NCBI GenBank assembly: GCA_050250895.1
Contig: JBFWNU010000001.1
Coordinates: forward strand, 1,512,008-1,576,007
Origin: Vulcanimicrobiota bacterium
GTDB lineage: Bacteria > Vulcanimicrobiota > Xenobia > Xenobiales > JADMJV01
Direction: 5' to 3'
DNA: 64,000 bases
Shown: positions 55,501 to 64,000 of the stretch, piece by piece
How positions within the stretch are numbered: the stretch's first letter is position 1
Layout of the letters: each line of letters opens with the position of its first letter
Notes under the pieces: generated by a model
Databases searched by the model: none
What the model saw: the letters and a program-made list of their open reading frames with translations, nothing else
Told to the model about the DNA's origin: nothing
Program-made: the position numbers and the translations under genes

Positions 55501-56598
55501 TTCGACCTGATCGTCTGCAGTTACGGTCTGTTGACCCGCGAAACCGAACTGCTGGCTTCGCGCCAATGGACCACTCTGGTGCTCGACGAGGCCCAGGCTA
55601 TCAAGAATTTTCAGACCCAGCGCTTCAAGTCGGCGGCCACCCTGACGGCCGATTTCAGGCTGGCCACCACCGGCACTCCTATCGAGAACAACCTCGACGA
55701 ACTCTGGACCTTGTTCCGCTTTCTCAACCCCGGGTTGCTCGGCGATCGCGAACAGTTTCGCGGGCGCTTCTCAGCACCCATCGAGCAGGGTGACAAGCCG
55801 GCCCGCAATCGCTTGCGCGATTTGGTGCGCCCCTTCATCTTGCGTCGCCTCAAGAGCGAGGTGCTCGACGAACTGCCGCCGCGCACCGAGATCACCCTGC
55901 GGGTCGAGCTCTCTGACGAAGAGAAGGCACTCTACGAGAGTTTGCGCCGGCGCGCGCTGGAAGAACTCGACGAGAAGGGCAAGGAAGCCCAAACCCTGGC
56001 GGTGCTGGCCCAGTTGATGAAGCTGCGTCGGGCTTGCTGTCATCCACAACTGGTGGCTCCCGACCAGGATATCCCCGCCTCCAAGATGGAGACCTTCCGC
56101 GAGCTGGTGCTCGAGCTGCTCGAGAACGGCCACAAAGCGCTGGTCTTTTCGCAGTTTGTCGACGTGCTGTCGTTGCTGCGCGAAGAACTCGACACTCACG
56201 ACATCAGCTATCAGTATCTCGACGGTAGCACCCCGGCCAAGGAGCGAGCTCGGCGAGTGGCCGACTTCCAGTCGGGCCAGGGCGACCTCTTCCTCATCAG
56301 CCTCAAAGCGGGCGGGGTCGGGCTTAACCTTACGGCCGCCGACTACGTCATTCATTTCGACCCCTGGTGGAATCCGGCCGTCGAAGATCAGGCCTCAGAC
56401 CGCGCTTATCGCATCGGCCAGCAGCGCCCGGTCACCATCTACCGTCTGGTGAGCCAGGGCACGGTCGAAGAGAAGATCGTCGAGCTGCACCGAGACAAGC
56501 GCGAACTGGCTGCCGGGTTGCTCGATGGCAGCGATCAGGTCGCGGGTATGACCTCGACCGATCTGCTCGACTTGATCCGAGGGACTTCGCTGGTATGA
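52597..56598 (+). CDS. SNF2/SWI2-family helicase with a large N-terminal region
   Basis: LADDMGLGKT, LDEAQAIKN, TGTPIEN, SLKAGGVGLNLT, QASDRAYRIGQ. Confidence 0.95.
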   Translation: MKSTSVAKKSLKNLSADERTVLELLSLYYLPAGESSLVEALKRYGKPSLAQKAHDVLERLVESDLVTRNGRSYRCLPEVVELASQSAVEGKRFEKLQAALPPRSSIASALEDFPEGVRDLRLALYAGDKMEFVKRLASLVKRHPNHYNLDPPLSRMARLQTDTRWLQSMDDGLRTLVVQGVMLKGSQHLLPGATVAEWLAQQYKKEGDGISPFYRLLHLQNLLLSDEFRKVDRALVDGPPLPSLKGWLEFEKGRYKKALAELEKALELAGREATGKVTLTGFASFLLPVSYLISDKIDEAKRYVDGLRGLDMEALHWLVTVRQRGGIEEPEWLPRFRRRDPRLDGLDALGAVLALYWAGCLEEAREFEDRMAGLARRANEAGYLWVERQARALMDRLNHREPEGKHPPLVDALKPAEAWRRSLDALLEVALQSGGSSGERVAWRVEEIDGQFGVRPYLQKRSKKGDWTGGRDILPARLLNQHGDVLLEQDRNALRTLVQGLDSYRVGDESTLAELVGHPYVFWEPDPSMRLEIQRGTPEIRVLEHEKEVQVDVQPVLPYFSADVGVLQEGPHRLRVYRLTENQKEIARILGKGLRVPVEAADELRQIVESLAPYIGVQSDLSGSFAGVKEVEADCKPNLFLIPHGVGLRLEMRVLPVGENGPAFAPSQGGRMVLAELKKVGRVQTSRDLEREFELGVEILEACPTITRFGPGGWNWVIESPTDCLEVLEELQELPPGKLALHWPEGETMSVRKPAGLLKMEVKKSRDWFAVNGELEVDEDLVLDINALLERLQHSHGRFLQLEDGQFLALTDRFRQRLEQLADLRAGNGQEVLLNPLAAAVALGEDVEGDKAWKEHVRQFNQAWSYQPEVPSTLRARLRQYQRDGFAWLGQLANLQTGACLADDMGLGKTLQALTVILSRAPQGPTLVIAPTSVCSNWLDEAHRFAPSLRPVIFAESDRAQVVQDAGPFDLIVCSYGLLTRETELLASRQWTTLVLDEAQAIKNFQTQRFKSAATLTADFRLATTGTPIENNLDELWTLFRFLNPGLLGDREQFRGRFSAPIEQGDKPARNRLRDLVRPFILRRLKSEVLDELPPRTEITLRVELSDEEKALYESLRRRALEELDEKGKEAQTLAVLAQLMKLRRACCHPQLVAPDQDIPASKMETFRELVLELLENGHKALVFSQFVDVLSLLREELDTHDISYQYLDGSTPAKERARRVADFQSGQGDLFLISLKAGGVGLNLTAADYVIHFDPWWNPAVEDQASDRAYRIGQQRPVTIYRLVSQGTVEEKIVELHRDKRELAAGLLDGSDQVAGMTSTDLLDLIRGTSLV

Positions 56599-56627
56599 GC
56601 GGAAATGTTCGCCTATAATTGGTAAGT

Positions 56628-58703
56628 ATGGCTAGCAAGGCAGGTTACGACATTCGCGAAGAACTCGCCGTTCGTTGCTTGCCTGGTACGCTAGTCTATT
56701 GCATCAGCGGTACGGGAATGATCCTGACCAGCCCGTTTTACCAGGCAAAACCCGGCCTGAGCCTCGCGTTCCTGGTAGTCCTGACCATTTTTGGCGGGCT
56801 GCGCTACCGGCTCGCCGCCCGCGTGCCTCGACCCGTTTGGGGTTTGGCCTGGCTCTCGGCCTTCCGGGCTCTCTGCCTGACCAACGCTCTCGTCTGGGGG
56901 GTGATGGCGGCTCTTTCCCTCGAGCACGACGGTGATTGGAACCGTTGGCTGGCGCTAGCTCTTACGGCCGTCATCGCGGCCGGAGCCACCACCGCCCTGG
57001 CCCCCGACTTTACCACTTTCGCGGCCTATTCGGTAGGCTTGGTGGGACCGGTCAGCTTGCCGTATTTTTTCCGGACCACCCCGGGCGGCCTGGTCAGCGC
57101 CGGGCTGATCTTGTCTTTATTGGTTCTGCTGATCTGGCTGGGCTGGCTGCAATCTCGGACCTACCACCGGTTTCTTTCAAGAGAACAAACAGGACAGCAA
57201 CAAGTCAAGAGCGCCGAAGAGCAGCTGCGGCGGGTCCTCGAGGGGTCCAAGCTGGGCACGTTCGATTGGTATCTCGACTCGGACAGTCCTGGTTTTGACC
57301 ACAAGATGTTGGATTTGCTGGGCTACAAAGCCAGTGACTTCGAGCCGTTTTTGGCACGCTGGAACGACATTCTTCATCCCGAAGACCGCCAACCGCTCCA
57401 CGACACCATTGCGCGTCATCTCAGGCTCGAAGGCGTCGTGTGTGAGGTCGAAATTCGAGTTCGAGCCGCCAGCGGCGAGTGGCGCTGGCTTCGCTTTCGG
57501 GGTCAGGTGGTCGACCGAGCGCCCGATGGACGAGCCATCCGTGTGGCCGGAACCTATGAAGACATCTCGACTCGCAAGGAATCTGAATTGGCCCTTCGGC
57601 ATCTCGAAGAAGAGATGCGTCAGGCCCAGAAACTCGAGATGCTCGGCGTACTCGCGGGTGGTGTGGCCCACGGATTCAATAACATGTTGGCTTCGTTCGT
57701 GGGCAATCTGGAGCTCGCTTTGCTCGACCTGCCCGAGACGCATCCCGTCCACGAAAATCTGCGCGACGCCCGAAATTCGGCCCTCGAGGCTTCCGGCCTG
57801 TGTGACCAGCTGTTGACCTATGCCGGCAAGAACCGGCTGCAGGTCGAGACGATCGGACTCAACGCCTTGATCGCGGAGATGGAGCCGTTGTTGAAGGTCT
57901 CCCTCGACAAGAACGTGACGCTCGAGCTGGAGTTTGACCCGCGGCTGCCAGCCCTCGAGGCCGACATCTGCCAGATGCGCCAGGTGATCTTGAATTTGCT
58001 CACCAACGCCTCCGAGGCCAGTTCCAACTCGGGCGGAGTCGTTCGCCTGGCCACTCGAGCGGATGAGTCGAGGATCATTCTCGAGGTGAGTGACCGGGGC
58101 TGTGGCATGGAGCCAGAGACCATCCAGAGAGTTTTCGAGCCTTTCTACACCACCAAGTTTCCGGGGCGTGGTCTGGGCTTGTCGGCGGTGCTTGGGATCG
58201 TCAAAAGCCATGGCGGCGAGGTCAGCCTGCAGTCAACTCCGGAGGTTGGCACCGTGGTGCGTGTGACCCTTCCCGGGGCCGATCCGGTGCCCGACAAGGT
58301 CCTTCCCGAACCCCGGCCCGCGGTGGGGCGAACCACGGTCCTGGTGGTCGATGACGAAGAGCCGGTGCGGCGGGTGGTGGTCAAGATGCTCGTCAAGGCC
58401 GGCTACGGCGTCATCGAGGCGGGGGACGGGGTGGAGGCCCTCGAGGCTTTAGCCGCCGAGCCCGCGGTCCGGTTGGTTTTGCTCGACGTGGCCATGCCGC
58501 GCAAAGATGGCTACCAGACCCTGACCGAGCTGCGTCAAAAGTATCCCGAGTTACCCGTCATTCTGGCCAGTGGCTACGCTGAAGCCACCGTGCTCGAGCG
58601 CGTCGCCGATCAGGCCCAGGGCTTTCTCAAGAAGCCTTTCGGGCGAGCCCAACTGCTGGGCAAGATCGGCCAGCTGATGGGCGCCTTACCAGAGCGGGTC
58701 TAG
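56628..58703 (+). CDS. Membrane hybrid sensor histidine kinase (TMs-PAS-HisKA-HATPase-REC)
   Basis: ILHPEDR (PAS), AGGVAHGFNN, QVILNLLTNA, DRGCGM, FYTTK..GRGLGL, VLVVDDE..LLDVAMP..KKPF. Confidence 0.93.
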   Translation: MASKAGYDIREELAVRCLPGTLVYCISGTGMILTSPFYQAKPGLSLAFLVVLTIFGGLRYRLAARVPRPVWGLAWLSAFRALCLTNALVWGVMAALSLEHDGDWNRWLALALTAVIAAGATTALAPDFTTFAAYSVGLVGPVSLPYFFRTTPGGLVSAGLILSLLVLLIWLGWLQSRTYHRFLSREQTGQQQVKSAEEQLRRVLEGSKLGTFDWYLDSDSPGFDHKMLDLLGYKASDFEPFLARWNDILHPEDRQPLHDTIARHLRLEGVVCEVEIRVRAASGEWRWLRFRGQVVDRAPDGRAIRVAGTYEDISTRKESELALRHLEEEMRQAQKLEMLGVLAGGVAHGFNNMLASFVGNLELALLDLPETHPVHENLRDARNSALEASGLCDQLLTYAGKNRLQVETIGLNALIAEMEPLLKVSLDKNVTLELEFDPRLPALEADICQMRQVILNLLTNASEASSNSGGVVRLATRADESRIILEVSDRGCGMEPETIQRVFEPFYTTKFPGRGLGLSAVLGIVKSHGGEVSLQSTPEVGTVVRVTLPGADPVPDKVLPEPRPAVGRTTVLVVDDEEPVRRVVVKMLVKAGYGVIEAGDGVEALEALAAEPAVRLVLLDVAMPRKDGYQTLTELRQKYPELPVILASGYAEATVLERVADQAQGFLKKPFGRAQLLGKIGQLMGALPERV

Positions 58704-59759
58704 CCAGGGTTTGGAGCCGCCCCCGATGGTGAAGCCCACCAGATAGACGGGCTCGTCGCGAACCCCTCCGGTTTCGACTCGGGCGAAGGCGTGCACATTT
58801 CGGGTGACGCCCAGTTCGGCCCCCACGAAGGCACCCGGACGAACGCCGTCGACTTCGAGAAAATCGAGCGCCGGATGATTCGAGTAGGCCCCTTCGAGAC
58901 GAAAGCCACCTTCCAGAGTCAGCCGGCCGTAAGGGCGATACTCCAGCCCGGCCTCCGCGCGCCAGCTGGATAACCCCTCACCCAGGGGCAACGTGCCTTC
59001 GAGACTGGTTTGTGCGCTCCACTGCGCCGCGTCGTCGAGTTGACGATGCAGGGCCACTCCGCCGGTTACTATCGGTCGAACGGTGAAGCCGTCGGTGGTG
59101 TAGGTGGATTGCAGTTCGCTACCGACTCGCCCGCCAAAGCCGCCGTTCTGGTGGAACCACTGTTGAAAATCGTGACCGCCCAGAGTGCCCAGACCTTGCA
59201 CCCCGCCCCCCACTCCATAGATGAGGTCGGTCCGCTCGTCGAGCTGCAGGCGGGTATTGCGCTGGATCCCGATCTCGGCCAGGTCGGTGCGAAGCCCCTG
59301 ATAGTCCGGAGAGGGCTCCCAGGCGCCGCGCTGGGTCAGCATCGAATAACGGCCGGCTCCAACCCATTGCTCGTCGCCCTGAGTGCGCACGAACTCGCCC
59401 CGGAGTTCAGCGGTCCAGCCGTCGTCGTCGTTACGGTCCTGGCCAGGAACCCGGTCCTTTTCGGGCACGATTCCACTGAGAAAGCCCGGCAGGCTGTCGT
59501 TGGCCTGAGAGAACGTCACGCGAGTTTCGACCGGCTCGGACAGCGACGAGGTAGGCTCGGTGGCTTGAGCGGCCGGGGCCGCGGCCACCAGACCGGCTAC
59601 GCCGGCCCCGAGCAGTAAGGCCTTGCTCAACCAACCGGTCGAACTGGCGCAGGGGGCCGCCTCATGGATGGGCGCCTCGAGTTGCGCCGGAGCCGGGCCA
59701 GGCTTAGGAGCTCTGCTACCGGGCGGCGCCGAGAATCGGATGGAACTACTGATGCACAC
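58686..59759 (-). CDS. Putative outer-membrane beta-barrel (LpxR/DUF2219-like) with an extended N-terminus
   Basis: Internal signal ALLLGAGVAGLVAAAPAAQA; NDDDGWTAEL, LGGHDFQQWFH; amphipathic strands. Confidence 0.5.
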   Translation of the reverse strand: MCISSSIRFSAPPGSRAPKPGPAPAQLEAPIHEAAPCASSTGWLSKALLLGAGVAGLVAAAPAAQATEPTSSLSEPVETRVTFSQANDSLPGFLSGIVPEKDRVPGQDRNDDDGWTAELRGEFVRTQGDEQWVGAGRYSMLTQRGAWEPSPDYQGLRTDLAEIGIQRNTRLQLDERTDLIYGVGGGVQGLGTLGGHDFQQWFHQNGGFGGRVGSELQSTYTTDGFTVRPIVTGGVALHRQLDDAAQWSAQTSLEGTLPLGEGLSSWRAEAGLEYRPYGRLTLEGGFRLEGAYSNHPALDFLEVDGVRPGAFVGAELGVTRNVHAFARVETGGVRDEPVYLVGFTIGGGSKPWLDPLW

Positions 59760-59817
59760 AAAAGCCTCCTGCCGCCTCAGAGTAGCCGCGAGCCAGGCGA
59801 CTCAGGTTACAAAGGTG

Positions 59818-60369
59818 TTAAACTGCGGGACACCCCTCCCGGATGAATAGGAACTTGCGGCGGGTCCACTCTAGCCCGGCTACGCTAGCCGGGGGTAGGA
59901 ACTGGTCGTTGTCGACCGCCCGCAACAAGAGGCGAATCAGGCCGGCATGCACGAACAACAGGTGCCGGCCCGGGCTGAGGTGATCGACAAACTCATAGAC
60001 CCGGCGCCGAAAAGCGGCCATGTCCTCGCCGTTGGGGGCACGAAAGCCCTCGAACTCGAGGATGCGGTCGCGCACCGCCGGGTCGAGGTCGTGCCAGATG
60101 AGGCCCTCTACATCGCCGAAATGAAACTCGCGCAGCCGGGCGTCGGCCCGGGCCGGACCCAGAGCCAGGCGAGCCGTCTCGACCGCTCGGGAGAGGTCGG
60201 ATGACCACACATCGACGAATTCGTGGGCCGAGAGAAAGCCCCGCAACGAGCGGGCCTGTTGGCGGCCGTGCTCGGTGAGGGCGGCGTCGAACCAGCCACA
60301 CACCTTTCCGTCGGCGTTCCACTCGGTCTGGCCATGGCGCACCAGCCACAATTCGACCTCGGGCGACAC
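59818..60369 (-). CDS. Histidine phosphatase (PGM/CobC/GpmB-like)
   Basis: LVRHGQTEWN, SSDLSRA, LREFHFG, FVHAG. Confidence 0.9.
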   Translation of the reverse strand: MSPEVELWLVRHGQTEWNADGKVCGWFDAALTEHGRQQARSLRGFLSAHEFVDVWSSDLSRAVETARLALGPARADARLREFHFGDVEGLIWHDLDPAVRDRILEFEGFRAPNGEDMAAFRRRVYEFVDHLSPGRHLLFVHAGLIRLLLRAVDNDQFLPPASVAGLEWTRRKFLFIREGCPAV

Positions 60370-61653
60370 CTACCGCTGCTCGATGGGCACGTAGTCCCGC
60401 TGCACTTCGCCGGTATAGATCTGGCGAGGGCGATAGATCTTGCGGTCGGGGTCCTCGAGCATCTCTTTCCACTGAGCGATCCAGCCCGGCAGGCGACCGA
60501 GGGCGAACATCACCGTGAACATGTTGGTGGGAATACCCATGGCCCGATAGAGGATGCCGCTGTAGAAGTCGACGTTCGGATAAAGTTTGCGTTCGATGAA
60601 ATAGTCGTCGCTCAGAGCCACCTCTTCGAGTTGCTTGGCGATCTCGAGCAGGGGATCGTCGACTCCGAGTTTGGCCAGAGCCTTGTCGGCCGAGGCTTTC
60701 AGGATTTGGGCCCGAGGGTCGAAGTTGCGATAGACACGATGACCGAAGCCCATCAGACGGAAGCCGTCGTCCTTATCCTTGGCCATGCGCACGTACTTCT
60801 TATAGTCGGCCCGGTCGGCCTGAATGCGCTCGAGCATCTGGATGACCTGCTGGTTGGCCCCGCCGTGCAGCGGACCCCACAGGGCACAGATGCCGGCCGC
60901 GATCGAAGCGAACAGGTTGGCGCCGCTACTGCCGACCATGCGCACCGTCGAGGCGCTGCAGTTCTGCTCGTGATCGGCGTGGAGAATCAGCAACAGATTC
61001 AAGGCCTCGACCAGATTCTTGTCGAGCTCGTAGGGCTCGGCGGGCACCGCGTGCATCATGTGCAAGAAGTCGCTGGCATAGCCCAGGTCGTTGCGCGGAT
61101 AGATATAGGGCTGACCGATCGACTTCTTGTAGCTAAAGGCTGCGATGGTCTTGAGTTTGGCCAGCAGGCGGGTAATGTTCTGATCGCGCTGGCCGTCATC
61201 GTCGGGGTAATAGGCCGACAACGAGGCGACCATGGCCGACAGGATGGCCATCGGATGGGCGGTGGGTGGATAGCCCTCGAAGAATTTTTTCATGTCCTCA
61301 TGAATCAGACTATGGCTGGTCAGCTCTCGGCGAAAGCGGTCGAGTTCGTCTTGGGTGGGCAGGTGACCATAGACGAGTAGATAGCTGACCTCGGTGAAAT
61401 CGGCCTTTTCGGCCAGTTGCTCGATGGGATAGCCGCGATATAGCAGGACGCCCTGATCGCCATCGATGAAGGTGATGGCCGATAAGCATGACCCCGTGTT
61501 GCCATAGCCGTTGTCGAGAGTGATGACCCCGGTCTGCTTGCGCAAAGACGAGATGTCGACCGCAAGTTCGCCCAGCGACCCCTCTACCATCGGCATCTCG
61601 GCCTCGGTCCCATCGAAGGTAAATTTGGCGGCGCTGGTTTTTGCGGTGGTCAT
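60370..61653 (-). CDS. gltA: Citrate synthase (type II)
   Basis: LHADHEQNCSAS, GPLHGGAN, RLMGFGHRVY, YPNVDFYSG. Confidence 0.97.
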   Translation of the reverse strand: MTTAKTSAAKFTFDGTEAEMPMVEGSLGELAVDISSLRKQTGVITLDNGYGNTGSCLSAITFIDGDQGVLLYRGYPIEQLAEKADFTEVSYLLVYGHLPTQDELDRFRRELTSHSLIHEDMKKFFEGYPPTAHPMAILSAMVASLSAYYPDDDGQRDQNITRLLAKLKTIAAFSYKKSIGQPYIYPRNDLGYASDFLHMMHAVPAEPYELDKNLVEALNLLLILHADHEQNCSASTVRMVGSSGANLFASIAAGICALWGPLHGGANQQVIQMLERIQADRADYKKYVRMAKDKDDGFRLMGFGHRVYRNFDPRAQILKASADKALAKLGVDDPLLEIAKQLEEVALSDDYFIERKLYPNVDFYSGILYRAMGIPTNMFTVMFALGRLPGWIAQWKEMLEDPDRKIYRPRQIYTGEVQRDYVPIEQR

Positions 61654-61723
61654 GAGTTACTCCGGCTAAAAATTTCGTGTTTGATTCACCGTCGTCGAAA
61701 GGATCCCTACCGGTTCTGGGCCG

Positions 61724-63871
61724 TTATTGACCTCCGTCGAGGCAACGCGCGATGTAGCGGGCGACGGTGCGAGCCTCTACTGGATCGACATCCTTGAACT
61801 GAATACCGATATGATATTTATCCTCGACTGGGCGAGTCCAGGCCACCTGGCCAACGACCTGGACCACCGGCAAGCCGAACTCCAGCATCAGTCTTACCGA
61901 AAAGTCTTGCTCTTCGGGCAGAGGAGTGTCGAGCTGAAGGCCCAGGCCTTCGGGCGAGAGGTTGCCTGCATAGCACTCGGTCCACTCTTCCTGGTCCTGG
62001 GCCTTGAGCTGGATGGGCAACAGCCGGTAGAGGCGATAGCGAGAGCGACGATGCATTTCGGACAAGCCTGATAGGAACTGCTCGAGGCGCTCCTTGCTCT
62101 CGTCCACCGGGTTACTGAAGGCCAACCCATGCACGAAGGTTCCCCCCACCAGGTCTCGCATCCAGACCACCCGGCAGGGCAATTCGATGGTGCCTTCCGA
62201 GGCCATTTCGAGTTCGGCCAGGGGAATGGACAGGTCGAATTGACCGTCGGGTAACTGGTGGTCGACATTGACCCGCATCCCCCCGTGGGAGAGGTCGACC
62301 AGGAAAAGGTTCATCGGACGAGTTTCGCCGTTGGCTCGCAACTCGGCCGAAAGGATCTTGTTCAGGCCGGCGTTCTTTCGCGGACTCTGGCGTCGCTCGG
62401 GACGAACTTCCGTCATCGCTCCTCCTGATTCATCCTTCCCTTCGTTCGGCGCCGTTTTCCTGCTAGCGTGTTTTTCAAGCTTGGCCCGCACCTGAGGGGC
62501 CAGGGCTGGGCCGGCTGTCTGGGCGGCTGCTTCTAGATGCGGCCGCATCTCGTCGCTGCGGCCCAACTCTTCGAGCGCACAGGCGATGTTGAACTGGCAA
62601 TTGGCCAACACCTGAGGGTTGGGGTTGGGTTGGCGCTGCCAGATGGCTAAAGCCTGGCGAGCGCACTCCAGGGCTCGCTCGAAGTTCTGGCCAAGAAAGG
62701 CCACCAGTCCGCTGGAAGCCAGCGCCTGAGCCGAGGTCGGATGGTCCGGGCCAAAACGGGTGAGGGTGGCGGCGGTGACTTCGTCCGTGACCGCCAGGGC
62801 CTGCTCGTAATGTCCGGAGTGGTGGTAGAGCTGGGCCAGCTCTTCGAGGGTGGCAAGCACGGCCGGATGCAACTTGCCCAGGCGCAGCCGGAAGATGTCG
62901 AGCGAGCGTTGATAGAGAGTTTCGGCCTCTTCGAGTCGCTGACCCGTCAAGCAGATGCCGGCCAGATTCTTGACCGCCGAACCCACTCGAAAATCGTCTT
63001 GTCCGAAGGCGGCCTCGCGAATGGCCAGCGTCTGTCGACAGGCGTTCTCGGCCTGGTCCAGCTGCCCTAAGGACGCATAGGTGGCCGCCAGCGACTCGAG
63101 AGCGTCGCCCACCATCGGATGACTGGGCCCCAGACGATTGACCAAAATCTCGTGCCCCTGACGTTGATAAGAAACGGCCTGAGCCAGATTGCCCGAGGCC
63201 TGGAGCTGATGGCCCACGGCCAGCAGTACCTGGGCCATCTGAGGGTCCTGGTCACCCAGGCGACTCTGATACAGCCTCAGGCCTCGCTGGCGAGAGGCCT
63301 CGGCCCCAACGTGATCGCCGCTTTGCTCCTGGGCCTGGGATAGCTGCAAGAGCGCGGCTGCAACCTGGGCATGGTCGACGCCGTAGTGACGCATGCGCGC
63401 CGTGACCATTTCGCGCAACACTTCGACGGCCCGGCCGGGGCGACGTTGCTCGGTATAGAAGTTGGCCAGACTCTCCAGGGTCTGGTCGAGGCGTTCCGGA
63501 GGGGCCTGGCGGGCCAGTTCGAGAGACTCGGTCAGATAACGTTCGGCCTGCTCGGTGCGGCCTAACTCCTGGCAGACGGTGGCTAGATTGGATAGGGCCA
63601 GTCCGACTTCCGGGTGGGTTTGACCGAGGTTCTCGACCGTGATTCCCAGCGCTCGTTGAAGCAGCTCGAAGCTTGAATTCAGCTTGCCTTGAGCCTGGTG
63701 GGCCGCGGCCAGATTGTTGAGCGTCAGAGCCAGCCGTGGGTCCACCGCCCCGAACTGGTCGGCTTGCTCAAGAGCAGCCACGTAAGCCTCTTCTGCTTGC
63801 TGGTAGTCTTGTCGGGAGAACGCTTCTTTGCCGAGGTTGATGAAGGTCTCCCAGAGATAGGGGTCACTCAT
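61724..63871 (-). CDS. TPR_12 (kinesin-light-chain-like) repeat protein fused in frame to tandem PilZ domains
   Basis: LALTLNNLA, HPEVGLALSNLA repeats; ERRQSPR..DLSHGG and HRRSRYR..NLSPEG. Confidence 0.85.
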   Translation of the reverse strand: MSDPYLWETFINLGKEAFSRQDYQQAEEAYVAALEQADQFGAVDPRLALTLNNLAAAHQAQGKLNSSFELLQRALGITVENLGQTHPEVGLALSNLATVCQELGRTEQAERYLTESLELARQAPPERLDQTLESLANFYTEQRRPGRAVEVLREMVTARMRHYGVDHAQVAAALLQLSQAQEQSGDHVGAEASRQRGLRLYQSRLGDQDPQMAQVLLAVGHQLQASGNLAQAVSYQRQGHEILVNRLGPSHPMVGDALESLAATYASLGQLDQAENACRQTLAIREAAFGQDDFRVGSAVKNLAGICLTGQRLEEAETLYQRSLDIFRLRLGKLHPAVLATLEELAQLYHHSGHYEQALAVTDEVTAATLTRFGPDHPTSAQALASSGLVAFLGQNFERALECARQALAIWQRQPNPNPQVLANCQFNIACALEELGRSDEMRPHLEAAAQTAGPALAPQVRAKLEKHASRKTAPNEGKDESGGAMTEVRPERRQSPRKNAGLNKILSAELRANGETRPMNLFLVDLSHGGMRVNVDHQLPDGQFDLSIPLAELEMASEGTIELPCRVVWMRDLVGGTFVHGLAFSNPVDESKERLEQFLSGLSEMHRRSRYRLYRLLPIQLKAQDQEEWTECYAGNLSPEGLGLQLDTPLPEEQDFSVRLMLEFGLPVVQVVGQVAWTRPVEDKYHIGIQFKDVDPVEARTVARYIARCLDGGQ

Positions 63872-64000
63872 AGTATCGATTCGCGTCGAATTCGAGCCAA
63901 TCGTTCCAGAGCCTGCATCCCCTCGGGGCTTAGTGGCGGTTTTCGAGGGCGCAGCCGAGGGAAGACCTCGTCGCGGATTTCGGACTTGAGCGCTTCCACT
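63868..64000 (-). CDS. 3' end of an upstream gene (partial)
   Basis: Open frame ..VEALKSEIRDEVFPRLRPRKPPLSPEGMQALERLARIRRESIL* whose TGA overlaps the next ATG. Confidence 0.5.
   Translation of the reverse strand, partial: VEALKSEIRDEVFPRLRPRKPPLSPEGMQALERLARIRRESIL

Noticed and set aside
52597-56598. SNF2 helicase as part of an anti-phage defence system
   Set aside because: No neighbouring methylase, nuclease or other defence genes; looks like a stand-alone chromosomal SNF2.
1-64000. Mobile elements, prophage, tRNA or rRNA
   Set aside because: No transposase, integrase or phage genes, no tRNA cloverleaf or rRNA signature seen, and composition looks uniform by eye.

Overview
High-GC bacterial chromosomal window with about 50 CDS. 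The gene content (minor-pilin clusters, PEGA-kinase, tandem PilZ proteins, HD-GYP, secretin-N protein, LpxR-like barrel) suggests a diderm such as Ca. Eremiobacterota, which is inference only. Housekeeping genes are alaS, grxC, dapD, dapE, gltA and a BtuF-like gene under a clear cobalamin riboswitch. Non-coding candidates are a probable 6S RNA (~27053-27239) and an unannotated ~200-nt structured transcript with its own promoter and terminator (~600-806). No transposase, integrase, rRNA, tRNA or CRISPR array was seen. The best candidate for an undescribed system is the translationally coupled 8-gene operon at 14613-22677. It encodes a beta-propeller/DUF6754-like protein, a distant paralogue of apparently opposite membrane topology, several membrane proteins, an orphan GlmL/MutL-like ASKHA ATPase with no mutase partner in the window, and a hybrid-barrel/KOW protein. 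This looks like an uncharacterised ATP-driven membrane machine. Other notable items are a giant acidic tandem-PilZ protein next to a basic-tailed paralogue, domain-shuffled PilC modules, an RRE(PqqD)-fused Cys-rich peptide beside a frameshifted giant propeller lipoprotein, and several apparent pseudo-enzymes. All family assignments come from motif recognition by eye; no searches were run.
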